From: Candidatus Altiarchaeia archaeon
GTDB taxonomy: Archaea > Altiarchaeota > Altiarchaeia > IMC4 > QMZM01
Assembly: GCA_049299895.1 (NCBI GenBank)
Contig: JBAQYF010000031.1
Coordinates: 1,627 to 65,626 of the forward strand
Direction of reading: 5' to 3'
Length of the DNA: 64,000 nt
This document shows, piece after piece, positions 19,357 through 28,610 of the stretch (position 1 is its first letter; each line of letters starts with the position of its first letter). Position numbers and translations under genes: made by a program. A model generated the notes under the pieces. It had not been told where the DNA came from, searched no databases, and worked only from the letters and a program-made list of their open reading frames with translations.

Positions 19357-19377
19357 TAATGATTTATCATTATAATT
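19357..19377. promoter_or_regulatory. Shared promoter/operator element TAATGATTTATCATTATAATT in the hypC/hypF divergent intergenic
   Basis: Matches 22469..22489 at 20 of 21 positions. Imperfect palindrome TAATGAT..ATCATTA fused to a TATA-like ATTATAATT, about 17 nt upstream of the probable hypF ATG (19395). Confidence 0.55.
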
Positions 19378-19394
19378 CGTATATTATTGGAATC

Positions 19395-21647
19395 ATGTAC
19401 AAAAAAGCCGTTATCGGGATATCCGGGACCGTGCAGGGAGTGGGCTTTCGGCCGTTCGTCTACCACGCGGCCAGCGCCCTTGGGATAAAAGGGCAGGTCA
19501 GAAACCTCGGAGACGCGGGAGTCGAGATAATCGCCGAGGGACGCACCCCGGCAATAGAAAAGCTCATAGAGAAAATAAAAAAAGAAAGCCCGGGGAACGC
19601 AAGGATAGACAACGTGTCGGTCAGATGGACGACGGATGGACCGGGATACAAAGACTTCAGAATAGTCCCGAGCGGAGGAACCGGCATCGGCGGAAAGGTG
19701 GTCCCGGATTACGGCATCTGCGCTTCCTGCGTAAAAGACATAACTGAAAAAAAGAACAGGAGATATGATTACGCTCTGACGTCCTGCACCGACTGCGGCC
19801 CGCGATTCTCGGTTCTGGGAAATATGCCCCTCGACAGGGGGAACACGTCCTACAAAGCATTCCCGCCCTGCAATCGATGCTCAAAGGAATACTCAGACCC
19901 GGACGACAGGAGATTCTACGCCCAGACCATCGCCTGCCCCGCGTGCGGACCGGAATATTTCCTCCTGGACGGATCAGTAAAAAAAATCGATAAGCCGATA
20001 GAAGCGGCCATTAGGAAACTTATGGAGGGAAGAATCGTTGCCATAAAAGGAATGGGCGGAATGCACCTTGCATGCCTTGCAAAAGACGATTCAGCGGTGG
20101 AGAATCTTAGAAGTAGAAGGCAGCGCCCGCAGCAGCCCTTCGCGGTGATGGCAACGCTCGCGATGGCCCGGAAAATAGGGCATATCTCTAGGTGGGAGGA
20201 AAAACTGCTCAATTCGAAGGAAAGACCAATCGTCGTTCTGAAGAAAGGGGAAGGCTATGACCTGTCGGAACAGGTCGCGCCCGGGCTGGGCAACATAGGC
20301 GTGATGCTCCCATACAGTGGTTTGCATTACATTCTGTTCGATGAGATCAAAGAGCCTCTGGTCATGACGTCTGCCAATGCCCGCGGAGAGCCGATGATAA
20401 AGGACAACGAAGCAATATTAAAAAACAAGGCCGCAGACTACTACCTGCTGCACGACCTTTCCATCAGGAACAGGTGTGACGACTCCGTAATAAAGATAGT
20501 GAACGATAGTCCCGTTTTTATCCGCAGGAGCAGGGGATACGTCCCAAAGCCGGTCGCCCTTGCCAATCCAGGGAACAAAACAGTTCTTGCGTTGGGCGCA
20601 GGGGAGAACGTATCATTCTGCTTATTGAAAGGAAACGATGCCTTCCTCAGCCAGCACATAGGGAACACGGAGAACCTTCGAACAATTGAATATTTGCGGG
20701 AAGCAATAGAAAAATTTCTTGAGATCATACCTGCGAAAATAGATTCCATAGCCTGCGACCTGCACCCCTCTTTCAATACGACGAAACTTGCGGAAGATTT
20801 GAGCAAGAAATACGCCGCCCCGGCAACGCGCGTGCAGCACCACCATGCGCACCTTATGTCCCTCGCAGGGGAACATGGCATCGAAGAAATGATCGGTATC
20901 TGCTGCGACGGAGTGGGGTACGGTCTCGACGGAAAGGCATGGGGGGGCGAAGTATTCTCATTGAAGAACGGATCGATCGACCGCATCGGGCACCTGATAG
21001 AACAGCCCATGCCCGGAGGAGATGCTGCGTCACATTATCCTGCGAGGATGGTTGCAGGCATGTTCTACGATGAATTCCCGCAGGAGGAACTGAAAAAGAT
21101 ACTTTCGGACCTGCATTTCCGGCACGGAAAAAAAGAGATCGGCGTCGTCCTAAAACAGCTCGAAAGAAGGATAAACGTCCAGGAGACCACGTCCACCGGC
21201 CGGGTGCTGGATGCCGCCGCAGCATTGCTCGGGATCTGCCCGTACAGGACATACGAAGGGGAGCCTGCGATGAAACTGGAAGCGGCGGCTTTCGGAGGAA
21301 AGGACCTGCAATTCAATTACGTCGCAGAGAAGAACATACTGGACACAACCGCGCTGCTGATGGACGCACTAGACGCCAAAAAGAAAAAACGCAAAACAAG
21401 GGACATCGCATACTCGCTGGAGACCGCCCTTGCAAGAGGGCTTGCAGACATCGCTTTAAAGGCCGCGGGCAGGGAAAAGATCAACACGATCGGAGTATCG
21501 GGCGGCGTAGCATACAATGACGTATTCGTCAGGACAATTGCAGGATGCGTAAAAGAGAAAGATCTGAGGTTCCTGCAGAACAAAGAAGTCCCGTGCGGAG
21601 ACGGGGGGATCTCGTACGGACAGGCCGCATACGTCTCAAGGATCTGA
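19395..21647 (+). CDS. hypF: Carbamoyltransferase HypF
   Basis: Acylphosphatase domain (VQGVGFRPFV), two Zn-finger CxxC pairs, YrdC and Kae1-like domains. True start likely MYKKAVIG. Confidence 0.9.
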   Translation: MYKKAVIGISGTVQGVGFRPFVYHAASALGIKGQVRNLGDAGVEIIAEGRTPAIEKLIEKIKKESPGNARIDNVSVRWTTDGPGYKDFRIVPSGGTGIGGKVVPDYGICASCVKDITEKKNRRYDYALTSCTDCGPRFSVLGNMPLDRGNTSYKAFPPCNRCSKEYSDPDDRRFYAQTIACPACGPEYFLLDGSVKKIDKPIEAAIRKLMEGRIVAIKGMGGMHLACLAKDDSAVENLRSRRQRPQQPFAVMATLAMARKIGHISRWEEKLLNSKERPIVVLKKGEGYDLSEQVAPGLGNIGVMLPYSGLHYILFDEIKEPLVMTSANARGEPMIKDNEAILKNKAADYYLLHDLSIRNRCDDSVIKIVNDSPVFIRRSRGYVPKPVALANPGNKTVLALGAGENVSFCLLKGNDAFLSQHIGNTENLRTIEYLREAIEKFLEIIPAKIDSIACDLHPSFNTTKLAEDLSKKYAAPATRVQHHHAHLMSLAGEHGIEEMIGICCDGVGYGLDGKAWGGEVFSLKNGSIDRIGHLIEQPMPGGDAASHYPARMVAGMFYDEFPQEELKKILSDLHFRHGKKEIGVVLKQLERRINVQETTSTGRVLDAAAALLGICPYRTYEGEPAMKLEAAAFGGKDLQFNYVAEKNILDTTALLMDALDAKKKKRKTRDIAYSLETALARGLADIALKAAGREKINTIGVSGGVAYNDVFVRTIAGCVKEKDLRFLQNKEVPCGDGGISYGQAAYVSRI

Positions 21648-21697
21648 TTTATATCTTCGTTTTACATATGTATTACTAATTGTAAAACTTAGGTAAT

Positions 21698-21907
21698 ATG
21701 TCATTCGATGCAACGGTCAGGAAGATAGGCAATTCAGTCGGGGTGGTTTTCCCAAAAGAGTATGCTAAGAGCATGAACCTCAAGGTGAATGAAAAAGTGC
21801 GCTTGAACGTGGTCAGGGAAGCGGATTTCTCGGATATCTACGGTTTGCTTAAAGCAAAGAAAAGCGCGCAGAAGTTCAAAGACGAGGCGAGGGCAGGATG
21901 GAAGTAG
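21698..21907 (+). CDS. vapB: AbrB/SpoVT-fold antitoxin (VapB-like)
   Basis: VRKIGNSVGVVFPKE swapped-hairpin motif. 10-nt overlap with the downstream PIN gene. Confidence 0.7.
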   Translation: MSFDATVRKIGNSVGVVFPKEYAKSMNLKVNEKVRLNVVREADFSDIYGLLKAKKSAQKFKDEARAGWK

Positions 21908-22269
21908 GGCCTTATTTCTTTGATACGTACGCGCTGTACTCAATAGCCAATGGAACGCATTCTTACGCACCATACAAGCGTGTTCCCTGCGTAACTTCGG
22001 TCCTGAACCTGATGGAATTGCATTACTGCCTTCTGAAGGATCATGGAAAGGAAACTGCTAACAGATACTTTGACAGGTTCCGATCTTATGCCTGGGACAC
22101 TGACGACGACACGATAAAGCAGGCAATGGAATTCAAGCTCGAAAATAAAAAGAGGAACCTCTCTTATGTCGACTGCGTAGGTTATCTCATGGCCCAAAGA
22201 AACGGCCTGGTCTTTCTGACGGGGGATAAGGAATTCAAAGACATACAGGGAGTAGAATACGTGAAGTAG
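21898..22269 (+). CDS. vapC: PIN-domain toxin (VapC-like)
   Basis: N-terminal YFFDTYAL (first acidic residue), C-terminal DCVGYLMAQRNGLVFLTGDKEF. Confidence 0.7.
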   Translation: MEVGPYFFDTYALYSIANGTHSYAPYKRVPCVTSVLNLMELHYCLLKDHGKETANRYFDRFRSYAWDTDDDTIKQAMEFKLENKKRNLSYVDCVGYLMAQRNGLVFLTGDKEFKDIQGVEYVK

Positions 22270-22468
22270 GATTTCATACGGGCAGGCTGCGTATTACGCC
22301 GGACTGGAGTGATTTTTGAATTTGATTGATGCGGTTTTAGTTTCCTTTGATAACTTTTTCCATTCCATTCATTTATTTTCTAAACTATTTTTTCAGTTCT
22401 CCGGCCGCGCCTTTTTCCTTCTTTAAATTTTTGCCTTCCAGTATATATTCATACAATCAATCTTATCG

Positions 22469-22489
22469 TAATGATTAATCATTATAATT
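22469..22489. promoter_or_regulatory. Shared promoter/operator element TAATGATTAATCATTATAATT (perfect 16-bp palindrome TAATGATTAATCATTA) upstream of hdrA-mvh
   Basis: Verified from the reverse translation of listed ORF 22423..22641. About 15 nt upstream of the hdrA start. Confidence 0.55.
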
Positions 22490-22502
22490 AGCTCAGTTTT
22501 GT

Positions 22503-24644
22503 TTGGTGAAGCAATTGAAAGTATTCCTGTACGACTTCGGCGGGGAGATAAAGTATCCCGATAACCTTGATTTTGGAGAGGACGTAGAGATAATCCGCCT
22601 AAAAGACATATCCACTGACGAGACGCAAAGGGCGGTCGCAAAGGCGCTCAAGACAGACAAAGTGATATTCGTCGGCCCGAGCCACAGGATATCCGAGAGG
22701 TTCTTTTCCGATCCCAACATAAAGTTCGTGAACGCCCGCGAGCAGGTGGCGTGGGTCGGGCACAATCCTGAGAAGATAAGGGACCTGATAGAGGGATCGA
22801 TTGCGAAATTGCGCAACTCGAAGAAGATTGAGAAGAAGCGTTTTCTGATAAAGCACAAGAGCGCACTTGTCATAGGCGCGGGGATTGCCGGCCTTGAGAC
22901 CGCGCGCCAGATAGCGAATTCCGGATACAAAGTATATCTTATTGAGAAGAAACCATTCGTGGGCGGGCTTGTCGCAAGGCTCGACAGGCTGTATCCCGCC
23001 GGGACTCCGAGCTCGCACGTTCTGTATCCGCTCATAAACGAGGTTGTCAGCAACCCCAATGTCGAGGTTCTCACAAACACCCAGATGTTGGACGTCGACG
23101 GCGTGGTGGGAGACTACAAGGTAAAACTGAAGACCAAGGGGAACGTCGTCGAGGGGAAATTGCCGAAGAAATGCGAGGAGGTGTGCCCGGTAGAAGTCGT
23201 GGACAAGATACCAAGAAAGGCTATCTACTACCAGCCTACGTATCCTGAATCGTATGGGATAGATTTCGACGCCTGCACGAAATGCGGGAACTGCGTAAAG
23301 GTATTGCGAGAGCTGTCCCTTGGGGAGACCGAGAAAACGATACACGTGGGCGCGATAGTCGTCGCGACAGGCCTCAAAGGATACGACGCAAAGAGGATAA
23401 GGGAATACGGCTACGGGAAGTACCCAAACGTGTACACGAAGCTCGAATTCGAAAGAAAATTCGCAAACGGCCTGATAAAACCCAAGAGCGTAGTAATCGT
23501 GAACTGCGCAGGTTCAAGGGACAAGAACCACCTGCCGTACTGCTCGCGCGTCTGCTGCATGCTCGGGCTGAAAGCAGCGAAGCTCATAAAGGACACCGCA
23601 CCGGATACCGACGTCTACGTGAATTACATAGACATGCGAAGCTACGGCGTATTCGAAGAATTTTATAACATCGTACGGGAAACCTATGGAGTAAAATTCG
23701 TCCAGGGCCGGCCTTCGGAGATACTCCAGGAAGCGGACGGAAAGCTCGTCGTAAGATGCGAAGACATACTCCTTGGAAAGAACCTGGAGATGAAAGCGGA
23801 TTGTGTCGTCCTCATGACAGGCTTTGTCCCGGACAAGGAGACGTTCGACCAACTGGGCATATACACAGCGGGCGCTTTCCCGATAGAATACGTCAACTCC
23901 ACATACTCAATCGACTCTAATCCAAGGGGAATCTTCATCGCAGGCTCTGCGGGCTATCCCAAGGACGTCGCGGAGATACTCATCAATGCAGCGAACGCGC
24001 CGGGAGGAGTGATAGAGATACTCTCCAAGGACTTCGTCGAGAACAAGACGCCGATAGCTAAGATCGACTCTAAGGTATGCAGCGAGAACAACTGCAGGAT
24101 ATGCGTGACCTCATGCCCGTACGGCGCTGTGCAGGTCAAAGAGGAGATCGTGACAGTGAATGAAGAGGTCTGCATGGGCTGCGGCATATGCACGGCGACA
24201 TGCGCCGCGGGGGCAAACCAGCTTGAAGGATTCGAGGAGAAAGGAATGCTCGCGCAGATAGGCGCAATGACGAAACACGAAGACATAATCGCGTTCATGT
24301 GCAAATGGAGCAGCTACAACGCCGCAGACAAGGCTGGGCAGGAGAGGATGACGTATCCTGAGAATGTGAAGATAATACGGGTGCCGTGCACCGGCCGCGT
24401 CTCTGGACAGATGATACTCAAGGCGTATGAATCGGGAGCAAAAGCCGTGCTCGTCGCGGGCTGTCCGCCGGACGCCTGCCACTATTTCACCGGGAACTTC
24501 AAAGCAAGAAAGAGGATAACTGCATTAAAAGCGATGATAAAGCAGTTCGGCATAAACCCGGACTCTCTTGCCATCGAATGGATAGGAAAGGATGAGTCCA
24601 AGAAATTCACTGACATCGTTACGAAACTGAATGAGGCTAATTAA
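22503..24644 (+). CDS. hdrA: Heterodisulfide reductase subunit A-like flavoprotein fused to a C-terminal MvhD domain
   Basis: FAD site ALVIGAGIAGLETA, several 4Fe-4S ferredoxin Cys motifs, C-terminal MvhD-like domain (DIIAFMCKWSSY...VPCTGRV...AGCPPDACHY). The N-terminal ~120 aa contain no Cys. Confidence 0.8.
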   Translation: MVKQLKVFLYDFGGEIKYPDNLDFGEDVEIIRLKDISTDETQRAVAKALKTDKVIFVGPSHRISERFFSDPNIKFVNAREQVAWVGHNPEKIRDLIEGSIAKLRNSKKIEKKRFLIKHKSALVIGAGIAGLETARQIANSGYKVYLIEKKPFVGGLVARLDRLYPAGTPSSHVLYPLINEVVSNPNVEVLTNTQMLDVDGVVGDYKVKLKTKGNVVEGKLPKKCEEVCPVEVVDKIPRKAIYYQPTYPESYGIDFDACTKCGNCVKVLRELSLGETEKTIHVGAIVVATGLKGYDAKRIREYGYGKYPNVYTKLEFERKFANGLIKPKSVVIVNCAGSRDKNHLPYCSRVCCMLGLKAAKLIKDTAPDTDVYVNYIDMRSYGVFEEFYNIVRETYGVKFVQGRPSEILQEADGKLVVRCEDILLGKNLEMKADCVVLMTGFVPDKETFDQLGIYTAGAFPIEYVNSTYSIDSNPRGIFIAGSAGYPKDVAEILINAANAPGGVIEILSKDFVENKTPIAKIDSKVCSENNCRICVTSCPYGAVQVKEEIVTVNEEVCMGCGICTATCAAGANQLEGFEEKGMLAQIGAMTKHEDIIAFMCKWSSYNAADKAGQERMTYPENVKIIRVPCTGRVSGQMILKAYESGAKAVLVAGCPPDACHYFTGNFKARKRITALKAMIKQFGINPDSLAIEWIGKDESKKFTDIVTKLNEAN

Positions 24645-24647
24645 AAA

Positions 24648-25637
24648 ATGGCAGAAGCAAAAGAAAAGCTCAAAATCGCGATATGCAGGGGAGCTACTTG
24701 CTCGGGATGCGACATAGCGATACTCGACATACACGAGCGGCTCCCGGCGGTCCTGGAGAAGGCAGAGATAGTATATGCCCCCACCCTCATCGACGCGAAG
24801 AACTCGGACGTCGAGAACATGAAAGACGGATCTATAGACGTCTGCTTCTATCACGGCTGCGTGCGCGACTCGGACAACGAGGAGCTCGCGCACCTCCTGC
24901 GAAAGAAGTCCAAGATAATGATAGCCTTCGGCGCATGCGCCTGTTTCGGCGGGATATTCGGCCTCGCGAACGTGACGGACCGGGAGGGCATAATAGAAGA
25001 GGTATACAAGAATACGGCCTCCACCGAGAACCCGGAAGGAACGACACCCCAGACGGAGTACTGGGACAAAAAAGACCACCGGCTCACTCTTCCCGAATTA
25101 TACGACAGCGTCTACGCGCTTAATGACAAAGTCGACGTAGACTACTATGTGCCATTGTGCCCGCCGATAGCAGAGCAGATAATGGCCGCGCTCACGGCGA
25201 TAACTACGTGGAACCTCCCGCCGAAGGGAACTATAATCGCCTCGGAAAAAACGCTGTGCAGCGAATGCACCCGGACGAGATCCGCTGTCAGGAAGATAGC
25301 GAAGATACACAGGCCTCATGAGATAAAGATAGACCAGGAGAAATGCATGCTCGACCAGGGACTGCTATGCATGGGACCTGCTACGAGAGCCGGATGTGGT
25401 ACCATCTGCGTGAAGGCTAACGTGCCGTGCAGGGGATGCAGCGGACCCACGAAGGAGGCATTCGACCAGGGGGCGAACATGCTTGGACTTATAGCCACAA
25501 TCTACGGGATACCCGAGGAATCCCTGACGGAAGAAGACGTAAAGAAGATAATGAAGGAGATAAAGGACCCGCTTGGTACGTTCTACAGATTCACTCTGCC
25601 TAAGTCGATCCTAAAGAGAAAGAGGATGGAAAAATGA
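24648..25637 (+). CDS. mvhG: [NiFe]-hydrogenase small subunit (MvhG/VhuG type)
   Basis: IAICRGATCSGCDIA, GCVRDSD, FGACACFGG cluster motifs. Confidence 0.8.
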   Translation: MAEAKEKLKIAICRGATCSGCDIAILDIHERLPAVLEKAEIVYAPTLIDAKNSDVENMKDGSIDVCFYHGCVRDSDNEELAHLLRKKSKIMIAFGACACFGGIFGLANVTDREGIIEEVYKNTASTENPEGTTPQTEYWDKKDHRLTLPELYDSVYALNDKVDVDYYVPLCPPIAEQIMAALTAITTWNLPPKGTIIASEKTLCSECTRTRSAVRKIAKIHRPHEIKIDQEKCMLDQGLLCMGPATRAGCGTICVKANVPCRGCSGPTKEAFDQGANMLGLIATIYGIPEESLTEEDVKKIMKEIKDPLGTFYRFTLPKSILKRKRMEK

Positions 25638-26113
25638 TGGAGAAGAGAATATTTATGTATAGGGAAGACAATAGTCGATACATATCAATTTTAGATATAT
25701 GCATAGACTTTTATAAGACCAAAGTTACGTACAGATCATCCAAAACTGTGTTGTTATTATCCATCTCAGTTTCGTTTATAATTGCGCTTTTATCACTTTC
25801 GTGTAATAACATTATCGCTAATTTTCCCTTTATGCAGATAGTAATAATGATCACTATGATCATTTTAGGTGGGATTGCCTTTTCAGAAGCGTCTGATTTC
25901 GGAAGAGATTTTAAAACTTTGAGAAAACTACATAGAGCCAAGATTGAACCTGACCAATGGCGGCTAATTGTGATGTTTGATGAAGTAGGAATTAAGGAGG
26001 CAAATACCGAGAGGATATTAACCGTTGAAAATAATGATGGCTCAGGATTAATCGAGGGGGCAATTTTATTACTGCTTTGCTCTCTTTTAAAGAGTAGTCG
26101 ACATACAAAATGA
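25634..26113 (+). CDS. AT-rich hypothetical membrane protein inserted between the hydrogenase small and large subunit genes
   Basis: ATG overlaps the mvhG stop (ATGA). About 30% GC against about 50% flanks. Three predicted TM segments. No homology recognised. Confidence 0.4.
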   Translation: MMEKRIFMYREDNSRYISILDICIDFYKTKVTYRSSKTVLLLSISVSFIIALLSLSCNNIIANFPFMQIVIMITMIILGGIAFSEASDFGRDFKTLRKLHRAKIEPDQWRLIVMFDEVGIKEANTERILTVENNDGSGLIEGAILLLLCSLLKSSRHTK

Positions 26114-26126
26114 ACGACAAAAACGC

Positions 26127-26182
26127 ATCACCATCAACCCAGTCACAAGACTGGAGGGCCACCCAAAGATAGACCATCAACC
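26127..26182 (+). pseudogene. Decayed duplicate of the mvhA 5' coding end (translates ITINPVTRLEGHPKID..)
   Basis: About 75% nt identity to mvhA codons 9-26 (IIINPVTRLEGHAKIDIF). Stops after about 20 codons. Confidence 0.4.
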
Positions 26183-26253
26183 CTTTTGAGTTGGCGAAAC
26201 GGGCCACATACGCTAACGCTAGTGGCCCAGACGAAATAAACCAATAAAAGAAA

Positions 26254-27732
26254 ATGACTCACGAGAAGAAAAAAGAGATAATCATAAACCCTGTTACAAG
26301 GCTCGAAGGCCACGCGAAGATAGACATCTTCCTGAACGATTCGGGGAACGTGGAAGACGCCTATTTCCAGGTCATCGAGCTGCGGGGCTTTGAGAAGTTC
26401 TGCCAGGGCAGGCCTGCGGAAGAGATGCCCAGGATCGCTCCAAGGATATGCGGCGTCTGCCCTAATCCGCATCACATGGCTTCAGGGAAGGCTGTTGACA
26501 TGGTGTTCGGAGTCGAAGCAACGGAGACGGCAAAGAAACTGAGGGAACTGTCGCTCTGCGCGCACTACATGCACAGCCACATAGCGCACTTCTACGCGCT
26601 GGGTGGGCCGGATTTCATAATAGGCCCGGCGGCTGATCCTGCTGAGAGGAATATTGTTGGAGTCATAAACAAAGTGGGTGGAGAGATAGCAGGACAAGTA
26701 ATAACCGCCCGCGCATACGCACAAAGAATACAGCAGATAATAAGCGGAAGGGCGACTCACCCCATAAACAATCTTCCAGGAGGGCTTGCAAAACCCATAA
26801 CTTCAGAAGAGCAGAAGGAAATAGAGAAGATGAGTAAGACCCTTCTGGGCTTTGGCAAATTCACGCTGCAGATATTCGAAGACATCGTCCTCAAGAACAA
26901 GGATTACGTGGACATAATAACAGGAGACATATACCAACACAGGACGTATTATATGGGGACGGTTGACGCGAAGAACAAGGTCACATTCTACGACGGAGAC
27001 ATACGCGTCGTATCTCCCGAAGGAAAGGAGTATGAAAAATTCAGGGGTGAAAAATACCTGGACCACATAGCGGAACACGTGGAGCCCTGGACGTATCTCA
27101 AGTTCCCGTACCTGAAAAAGAACGGCTGGAAGGGCATAGTCGACGGAGCGGACTCTGGAGTATACAGGGTCGCCCCACTCGCCCGGCTGAACGCCGCGGA
27201 CGGGATGGCAACGCCTCTTGCAAACGAGGCATATGATAAGATGTACGAGACCCTCGGGGGAAAGCCCGTGCACGCGACACTCGCCATGCACTGGGCGAGG
27301 GTTATAGAGATAATGTATGCTGCGGAAAGGATAAAAGAACTCATAGAGGACCCGCAGATAACGGATACGGACGTCAGGAACATCCCCACAGACGTCGTCG
27401 GAGAAGGCATCGGACAAGTGGAAGCACCGCGAGGCACTTTATTCCATCATTACAAAACGGACGACGAAGGGATACTCACGAAGATAAACATCGTGGTCGC
27501 GACAGGGAACAACAACGCAGCGATATGCATGTCCGTGAAGCGCGCGGCAGAGAAGCTCATAAAGAACTGGAAAGTAGACGACGGCATACTCAACATGATA
27601 GAGATGGCATTCCGGGCATACGACCCGTGCTTCGCATGCGCGACGCACACGCTGCCGGGGCACATGCCACTTGAGATAAGGATATACGATGCGGAGAAGA
27701 AATTGTACAAGAGGATAACCAGATATGAATAA
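26254..27732 (+). CDS. mvhA: [NiFe]-hydrogenase large subunit (MvhA type)
   Basis: N-terminal RICGVCPNPH and C-terminal DPCFACATH Ni-Fe ligand motifs. Confidence 0.85.
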   Translation: MTHEKKKEIIINPVTRLEGHAKIDIFLNDSGNVEDAYFQVIELRGFEKFCQGRPAEEMPRIAPRICGVCPNPHHMASGKAVDMVFGVEATETAKKLRELSLCAHYMHSHIAHFYALGGPDFIIGPAADPAERNIVGVINKVGGEIAGQVITARAYAQRIQQIISGRATHPINNLPGGLAKPITSEEQKEIEKMSKTLLGFGKFTLQIFEDIVLKNKDYVDIITGDIYQHRTYYMGTVDAKNKVTFYDGDIRVVSPEGKEYEKFRGEKYLDHIAEHVEPWTYLKFPYLKKNGWKGIVDGADSGVYRVAPLARLNAADGMATPLANEAYDKMYETLGGKPVHATLAMHWARVIEIMYAAERIKELIEDPQITDTDVRNIPTDVVGEGIGQVEAPRGTLFHHYKTDDEGILTKINIVVATGNNNAAICMSVKRAAEKLIKNWKVDDGILNMIEMAFRAYDPCFACATHTLPGHMPLEIRIYDAEKKLYKRITRYE

Positions 27733-28183
27733 CAAGACCCTCGTGATGGGCGTAGGGAACCCCATACTCAAAGATGACGGAGTTGGGATCCACGCAGTAA
27801 GGGAACTACAGAAGACAGTTACTGGAGTGGATTTCCTTGAAGAATCGTTGTCGGGGCTGGAACTCATCGAGCAGTTCCGCGGATACGATAGGGTCGTGAT
27901 AATAGACGCAGTGAAGACACAGGGAGGCGTACCTGGAGAGATGTATCATCTGACTCCCGAGGACATGCCGACCCTGCACGGGCTCTCGCCGCACGACGCG
28001 GACTTTCGCAGTGCTATCGAATACGGAAAAAAATTCATGGGAGTAATGCCCTTAATAGAGATATACGGAATAGAAGTAGAGAATGTAACAGAATATGGAG
28101 AAACTCTTACAGCGGAAGTGGAGAGGTCTCTTCCGGGGCTGGTAGAGAAGATTAAGGTCAAACTCGAAGATGGATCTACGTGA
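27725..28183 (+). CDS. Hydrogenase maturation endopeptidase (HycI/FrhD-like)
   Basis: LVMGVGNPILKDDGVGIHAV, VVIIDAV. Immediately follows the large subunit gene. Confidence 0.75.
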   Translation: MNNKTLVMGVGNPILKDDGVGIHAVRELQKTVTGVDFLEESLSGLELIEQFRGYDRVVIIDAVKTQGGVPGEMYHLTPEDMPTLHGLSPHDADFRSAIEYGKKFMGVMPLIEIYGIEVENVTEYGETLTAEVERSLPGLVEKIKVKLEDGST

Positions 28184-28610
28184 GGAACTAAAGCACGAAA
28201 TAGATGCAAAGACATTAAGCTATTGCTTTTCATGCGGCATGTGCACCGGAGGGTGCCCCTCGGCCCGGATGAATGAGAAATACAATCCCAGGAGGATACT
28301 CCACAGGGCGGTGATAGAAGGAAAGATAGAAGACGACGTCTGGCTCTGCACGAACTGTTACACATGCCAGGAACGCTGCCCGACAAAAACGAAAGTAGCG
28401 GACATCATAAGCCTCCTGCGCCGGCTCTATGTTAAAGAAAAAGGGATACCTGAATCAATAAGACCGCTCGTAACGAATTTACAGGCCTGCGGATTCACGG
28501 CGACCATAGGCGAACTCGAGAACAAGAGAAGGGAGAGAATGGGCCTTCCGCCCGTTAAGACGAATGACGAGATAAAGAGGATCATCGAGAAGACAGGAGG
28601 AGGGAAATGA
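28170..28610 (+). CDS. hdrC: Heterodisulfide reductase subunit C-like
   Basis: Two 4Fe-4S motifs, CFSCGMCTGGCP and CTNCYTCQERCP. Confidence 0.75.
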   Translation: MDLREELKHEIDAKTLSYCFSCGMCTGGCPSARMNEKYNPRRILHRAVIEGKIEDDVWLCTNCYTCQERCPTKTKVADIISLLRRLYVKEKGIPESIRPLVTNLQACGFTATIGELENKRRERMGLPPVKTNDEIKRIIEKTGGGK

